Shown in pieces: positions 34,017 through 38,382 of a stretch of 38,382 nucleotides of DNA. The notes below the pieces were generated by a model that saw nothing but the letters and a program-made list of their open reading frames with translations, ran no database searches and was not told the DNA's origin. This stretch comes from a virus (taxonomy: Duplodnaviria; Caudoviricetes): the IMG/VR virus record IMGVR_UViG_3300032328_000698, positions 1 to 38,382 of that record. One strand, given 5' to 3'. The translations under genes were made by a program, and so were the position numbers. Numbering within the stretch: position 1 is the first letter of the stretch; each line of letters starts with the position of its first letter.

Positions 34017-35630
34017 CTACGACCTGGCTTCGTCCAAATAATCTTCCATCATGGGCTGATTGTATTTGCGTTGATAACTGGCCCGCAGGCCGCCTTGACT
34101 CATCTGGCGTGTGACTTGTTCAGCCATGCCTTGCTCGCCAATCTGACGATATTCAGTGGGCCAATCAAAAACTATATTGTCGTATGCATCAAACACACCT
34201 TCAAGATAATCTCTCAATTCGTCGGGCACACGCTCTTTGCTCCAGTGACGGGGCATTTCTGCATCAGGACCATACCACAGTTTCCAAACATCGGGAGTCC
34301 AGTAATCTAAAGCATCACTGTCCAAATTGCCTGCTTTCTGTAATGCTGGTGCAACGGACTTATATCCTTCTCTGTTGGCCCAGTGAGCGAAGATTTTATG
34401 ATACGGCTTGTGATTTTCAACGGCCCAATGATATAGATCTTTTACATCAGTTGGCGGCATCTGTGTGTCAGGGATCCGTGGTTCTTTCTGCATCCTGCCC
34501 ATCAAGTTGTCAAATCTCTCATCGCCTGTGGCCTCTGCCACTTCTGCACTCATGGCAGATTTAATTGCTCGGCGATTGTATATGGCAAATTGTCCAGCAT
34601 CATCAGCGGTGCTGGACCACCCAGGCAGATCAGGCAAAATTCTTCGTATGATTCTAGCATACAATGCTCTGCGATTGGGTTCCGCGGCTTGGAAATACAA
34701 CAATGCAGGCCTGGCTTTTTTCACATATTGAATTATGGCATTGATCACGATGCCAAACACTTCTGCGGCAGATCCTGTGCCTTCAATGCCCTGCTTGGCC
34801 ACTGGATGTCCGCCTTTCATGTCCTGTGTGATTTGTTCAAAACTAACAAACTTGCTTTTATTATACACTTCATCAGAATCAAAGAAATCATACGGACTCA
34901 TTTCATCCGGACCAATATATGGTTCCAGGAAATCCAATTGATATCGTACTCCATTGCTGGCAGTGAAGTTGAATTTAATCATGTCTGGATCACTGGTATC
35001 CCACTGCGAAGTTGCGTTGCTTGCCTTGGTATCCAATACTTCTGTTAACTCTGCACCCATGGCAGTATCCAACATCCGGACCACTGTGTTGGCTAACTTG
35101 GGGTTCTTCTGTGTGTTGGGATATAGACTCATGACCAGGGCCATGCGCTGGCGTTCCGTCAAGTCGGGCCATGCTGTGCGTATCTCTGTGGCCGATCTTA
35201 TGCCTGGACCAAAGGTCACTGTGGGCAAATAAGCCATGTAAGCATGTTGGGTCATGGGTGCCATGTTTCTGCTGATGGGTTGCAGATATGCAGGGTTGCC
35301 ATCTTTCTTTGTACCACCGGGTCTGGGAGGCTGATCGGCATCTTTCTCTGAACGAACAAAGATCAACTGTGTGTCAGCAGGATCATAATTCTTTGTGATC
35401 TCGTCTGCTCGGAATGGTGATTTCACTTGATAAAAGTCACCTGGTGAGACTCCAGCCAACTGTGCTAGTTTTTCTTTTAGTTTGAAAGGAAAAGGACGAC
35501 TAGAAGTGTCGTTGGTGGCTGCCACTTTGACATCAGCACCTGGAAAAGCCTGCTGAGCAGACTGATAAAGTGCTAGGTGACCTGCGTGAAAAGGATGGAA
35601 CCCACCGGGCATGATGACTAACTGTTTCAT
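34017..35630 (-). CDS. HxGH nucleotidyltransferase (cytidylyltransferase-like) fused to further modules
   Basis: MPGGFHPFHAGH and SATEIR motifs; after LTE, a domain paralogous to the GNAT-like module of the 2560-aa protein; further modules after VAE and MAE. Confidence 0.75.
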   Translation of the reverse strand: MKQLVIMPGGFHPFHAGHLALYQSAQQAFPGADVKVAATNDTSSRPFPFKLKEKLAQLAGVSPGDFYQVKSPFRADEITKNYDPADTQLIFVRSEKDADQPPRPGGTKKDGNPAYLQPISRNMAPMTQHAYMAYLPTVTFGPGIRSATEIRTAWPDLTERQRMALVMSLYPNTQKNPKLANTVVRMLDTAMGAELTEVLDTKASNATSQWDTSDPDMIKFNFTASNGVRYQLDFLEPYIGPDEMSPYDFFDSDEVYNKSKFVSFEQITQDMKGGHPVAKQGIEGTGSAAEVFGIVINAIIQYVKKARPALLYFQAAEPNRRALYARIIRRILPDLPGWSSTADDAGQFAIYNRRAIKSAMSAEVAEATGDERFDNLMGRMQKEPRIPDTQMPPTDVKDLYHWAVENHKPYHKIFAHWANREGYKSVAPALQKAGNLDSDALDYWTPDVWKLWYGPDAEMPRHWSKERVPDELRDYLEGVFDAYDNIVFDWPTEYRQIGEQGMAEQVTRQMSQGGLRASYQRKYNQPMMEDYLDEARS

Positions 35631-35636
35631 ACCCTG

Positions 35637-35642
35637 TATTTA
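35637..35642 (-). promoter_or_regulatory. Late-promoter core TAAATA
   Basis: 6 nt upstream of the ATG at 35630. Confidence 0.5.
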
Positions 35643-35643
35643 G

Positions 35644-36078
35644 TTACATTTTTTCTAATAGCCAGAGGTAGATCGGAGTGGTAAACTTTAAACTTGCAGT
35701 GCCATTGCACCCCATCTCACCATAGAACCGGTGCTTAGTGGGCTGGTTGATACCATTGAAACTATGAAGATATTCAGCTGACTCATACACTATCTGTTGG
35801 CAGGAAACATCTTCAAATCTTATATTGCTTACAAATAATGTAGCATCACTTAGTATTTTGCCGTGTTGATCAACTGTTGTGTGTTCGGGCAGTTTGTTTT
35901 TTAATACAAATCGTAGTTCATGATCGCCTTCATCGTCGTCAAACTCATAATCTACACGATTATCACCAAGCACATGCTCTTGATCAAAAATCTTCTGATC
36001 ATCAATCCAGACTTCCATACCCAATGGTACACTGGCATTGCTGGTGCCGATTTTACAACTAAATGCGCTTTTTTCCAT
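35644..36078 (-). CDS. Hypothetical beta-rich protein
   Basis: Start reassigned to MEKSAF (36078); ends GEMGCNG...FTTPIYLWLLEKM. Confidence 0.7.
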   Translation of the reverse strand: MEKSAFSCKIGTSNASVPLGMEVWIDDQKIFDQEHVLGDNRVDYEFDDDEGDHELRFVLKNKLPEHTTVDQHGKILSDATLFVSNIRFEDVSCQQIVYESAEYLHSFNGINQPTKHRFYGEMGCNGTASLKFTTPIYLWLLEKM

Positions 36079-36079
36079 T

Positions 36080-36457
36080 TTAATAAGTGGCTTGTACCAC
36101 TTCGATTGTGCCGTCTTTAAAATTTGTGACCACTGCTCGCAACCAGGCAAAGTTACCCATCACTGCTTGGATATAAGTATCTGTTATGGTGCTAGAATCA
36201 GCTGAACTACCATCACCGTATGAGGCAATGTCGAACCAACGCGATTCAGCAGGATCATTGTCCAGGGTAGCCTGTATTACAACTTCTGCCTGTACACCAC
36301 GGAACACCCAACGCAGTGTTTGGATGCTGCCACGCCCGCGATAGTAGTTGGCTGCTTTTTGTGGATCACCGATAAAGTCTTGACTACTGCCGTCATAGTT
36401 GCCTGATGGAACACCGTATTCAGTAAAAGGCAACAAAGTGACGGTGGTGATGGCCAT
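36080..36457 (-). CDS. Hypothetical beta-sandwich protein, possibly virion-associated
   Basis: 125 aa; IQATL...WFDI...GNFAWLRA pattern; lies in the late region. Confidence 0.65.
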   Translation of the reverse strand: MAITTVTLLPFTEYGVPSGNYDGSSQDFIGDPQKAANYYRGRGSIQTLRWVFRGVQAEVVIQATLDNDPAESRWFDIASYGDGSSADSSTITDTYIQAVMGNFAWLRAVVTNFKDGTIEVVQATY

Positions 36458-36621
36458 TATGCTCGATCCACTTCCACGATGATATGTTCACCAGCCAGTT
36501 CTTCTACCACTGATGTCAGTGCAGAGATCATTTCCTCGTTGGCGATTTCAGCAGGTGCTGCGCCGTCTTTGACCAATTTTGATAGTTTGATCACAACTAT
36601 TTCTTCATGTATTTTTGCCAT
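36457..36621 (-). CDS. Small protein (54 aa), below the ORF-track cutoff
   Basis: MAKIHEEIVVIKLSKLVKDG...LAGEHIIVEVDRA*; TAATG overlap with the next gene; TATAAATA 4 nt upstream. Confidence 0.75.
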   Translation of the reverse strand: MAKIHEEIVVIKLSKLVKDGAAPAEIANEEMISALTSVVEELAGEHIIVEVDRA

Positions 36622-36625
36622 ATCG

Positions 36626-36633
36626 TATTTATA
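36626..36633 (-). promoter_or_regulatory. Exact T4 late-promoter consensus TATAAATA
   Basis: Plus-strand tatttata at 36626-36633; overlaps the Clp stop codon. Confidence 0.7.
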
Positions 36634-38382
36634 CAGGCAATGGCACAGAGGTTTCTGTTTTCACCGCAGTTTCAAACTCAATCCGGTCACCGTCCAACAC
36701 CACATTCAATGTGCAGTCCGTGAGTTGATCAAACAAGATCCGCTTTGACAACGGCACACGGATCAATTCATCAATCTTGCGATTCAACGGTCGAGCACCC
36801 ATCTTACTGTCATAACCCTTTTCTGCCAGCAATTCAATCACAGGCTCTGAGAAGAACAACTTGATATTCTTTTCTGCCACACTGGCTTTGAGTTGGTCCA
36901 AGAACTTCACAACAATCTTCTTGATAGCCAAGGTATCCAGCTTGGTAAACTTGCAGATACGATCGATTCGATTGCGTAATTCCGGACGGAAGAACTCTTT
37001 CATTGCACGATCTTCTTCCCCGGACTTTTCTAAATCTGTAGAGAATCCAATGTTGTTGTTTTCATTGTCTCGCGCACCCAAGTTTGAGGTCATGATGATG
37101 ATGGTGTTCTTGCAGTCCGCTCGCTTGCCATTGGCACCGGTCACATGCCCTTCGTCCAGCATCTGTAGCAGGATGTTTGTGACATCACTGTGTGCTTTTT
37201 CAATCTCATCAAACAAGATCACAGAGAATGGATGCTTGCTCAAGTCCGAGATCAGTTTGCCACCACCTACATTGCCATCTTCAAAGCCCACATAGCCCGG
37301 GGGAGCACCAATCAGGCTGCTCACAGAGAACTTCTCCTGGAACTCACTCATGTCATAGCGCAACAGGTGCATGTCCAGATTCTCACTCAGCAACTTGGCC
37401 AATTCTGTTTTGCCTGTACCTGTTGGGCCAAGGAACAAGAATGACGCCATGGGCTTGTTTGGGGTACCAATTCCTGAGAAGTTGATGTACACACGCTCCA
37501 ACACAGCGTCCACAGCTGATTCCTGACCATACAGTTTCTGTTTGATGTTCGATTCCAGGTCCACGATCTTTAAACTGCGTTCATTCTGTAGTCGATCTGT
37601 GGGCACACCTGTCACACGGGACAACTGCTCTTCGATCATTGCCCGGTTCACAGTGATCATGCCTGAATCCTTCACACGCTCTCTAGCACAGGCAGCATCC
37701 AACAGATCGATGGATTTGTCAGGATTCTTCTTGTCATGGATGTATCGACCTGCTAGATCCACAGCAGCAGTCATGGCTTCTGTGTCGATTAACACATTGT
37801 GGAATGCTTCCAAGCGTGGTGAGAGTCCGATCAAGATCTTCTCAGTGGTGTCACGGTCCGGTTCGTCAATTGACAACCTGTAGAAACGGCGCATGAGGGC
37901 ACGATCTTTCTCGAAACTCTCGTAATACTCTTCCCAGGTTGTGCTCGCGATCACCTTTAAGTTGCCTTTGGTGATAGCCGGTTTCAACATGTTGGCAAAG
38001 TCCAAACTGCCTGAACTGCCTGCACCTGCACCTTTCATTGTGTGTGCTTCGTCAATGAACAAGATGCATTTCTTCTTGGCTTCCAAAGCAGCGATCACTG
38101 CTTTGAACTTTTCTTCAAAATCACCGCGATATTTAGATCCTGCCACGAGACTGCCAATCTCCATGCTCCATACTTCGTGATCCTTCAAGAACTCTGGCAC
38201 ACGGCCCTGGGCGATCTCCTGTGCCAGGCCATCGATGATGGCAGTTTTGCCCACGCCTGGGTCGCCAACCATGAGCACATTGCTTTTGAAGCGGCGTGCC
38301 AACACAGCGATCATTTCTTCAAGTTCTGTGGCGCGACCAATTAGTGGTTCCAGTCGATCTGTCTGGGCCATGGTGGTGAGGC
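36629..38382 (-). CDS. clpA: ClpA/ClpC-type AAA+ ATPase; N-terminus probably outside the window
   Basis: Two Walker A motifs (GDPGVGKT, GPTGTGKT), Walker B (ILFIDE, ILFDE), pore loops KYRG and GYVG, IGF ClpP-docking loop, no ClpB middle domain. The frame is open to the window edge. Confidence 0.9.
   Translation of the reverse strand, partial: LTTMAQTDRLEPLIGRATELEEMIAVLARRFKSNVLMVGDPGVGKTAIIDGLAQEIAQGRVPEFLKDHEVWSMEIGSLVAGSKYRGDFEEKFKAVIAALEAKKKCILFIDEAHTMKGAGAGSSGSLDFANMLKPAITKGNLKVIASTTWEEYYESFEKDRALMRRFYRLSIDEPDRDTTEKILIGLSPRLEAFHNVLIDTEAMTAAVDLAGRYIHDKKNPDKSIDLLDAACARERVKDSGMITVNRAMIEEQLSRVTGVPTDRLQNERSLKIVDLESNIKQKLYGQESAVDAVLERVYINFSGIGTPNKPMASFLFLGPTGTGKTELAKLLSENLDMHLLRYDMSEFQEKFSVSSLIGAPPGYVGFEDGNVGGGKLISDLSKHPFSVILFDEIEKAHSDVTNILLQMLDEGHVTGANGKRADCKNTIIIMTSNLGARDNENNNIGFSTDLEKSGEEDRAMKEFFRPELRNRIDRICKFTKLDTLAIKKIVVKFLDQLKASVAEKNIKLFFSEPVIELLAEKGYDSKMGARPLNRKIDELIRVPLSKRILFDQLTDCTLNVVLDGDRIEFETAVKTETSVPLPV

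Noticed and set aside
56-38344. All plus-strand ORFs in the track (for example 56-517, 14816-15361, 33211-33942)
   Set aside because: They lie antisense to well-supported minus-strand genes and carry no recognisable motifs, so they are treated as shadow ORFs.
1-38382. Stop-codon reassignment, CRISPR arrays, tRNA or rRNA genes
   Set aside because: Genes are full length and densely packed under the standard code with TAA, TAG and TGA all used as stops. I saw no regularly spaced repeats and no intergenic room for RNA genes.

Overview
A 38.4-kb segment of a large dsDNA phage genome with T4-like (myovirus/jumbo-phage) features. Every credible gene is on the minus strand and genes are tightly packed. 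The left part (1-11.6 kb) is a replication and DNA-modification operon under consensus sigma70-type promoters: DsbA-like protein, B-family DNA polymerase, methyltransferase, sliding clamp, a TGT/DpdA-family transglycosylase, a QueD-like enzyme, a MutH/Sau3AI-like nuclease and a glycosyltransferase, with radical-SAM and sulfotransferase-like genes interspersed. The right part (14-38 kb) is a late region preceded by TAAATA/TATAAATA motifs. It encodes a ClpA-type ATPase, Dps, LysM/lysozyme proteins, and many proteins starting with a shared leader M-[RK]-[AS]-x-E-[FI]-[IVL]-x-E that resembles the T4 capsid-targeting sequence. It also encodes polyproteins, up to 2560 aa, whose unrelated enzyme domains are separated by [VILM]-x-E linkers like T4 prohead-protease sites, several encoded by a recurring ~18-nt motif. 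The best candidate for a novel system is this apparently shufflable, protease-processed, head-packaged effector cargo. The second is a 7-deazaguanine DNA-modification cluster with extra tailoring enzymes. All calls come from motif recognition by eye; no database searches were run.
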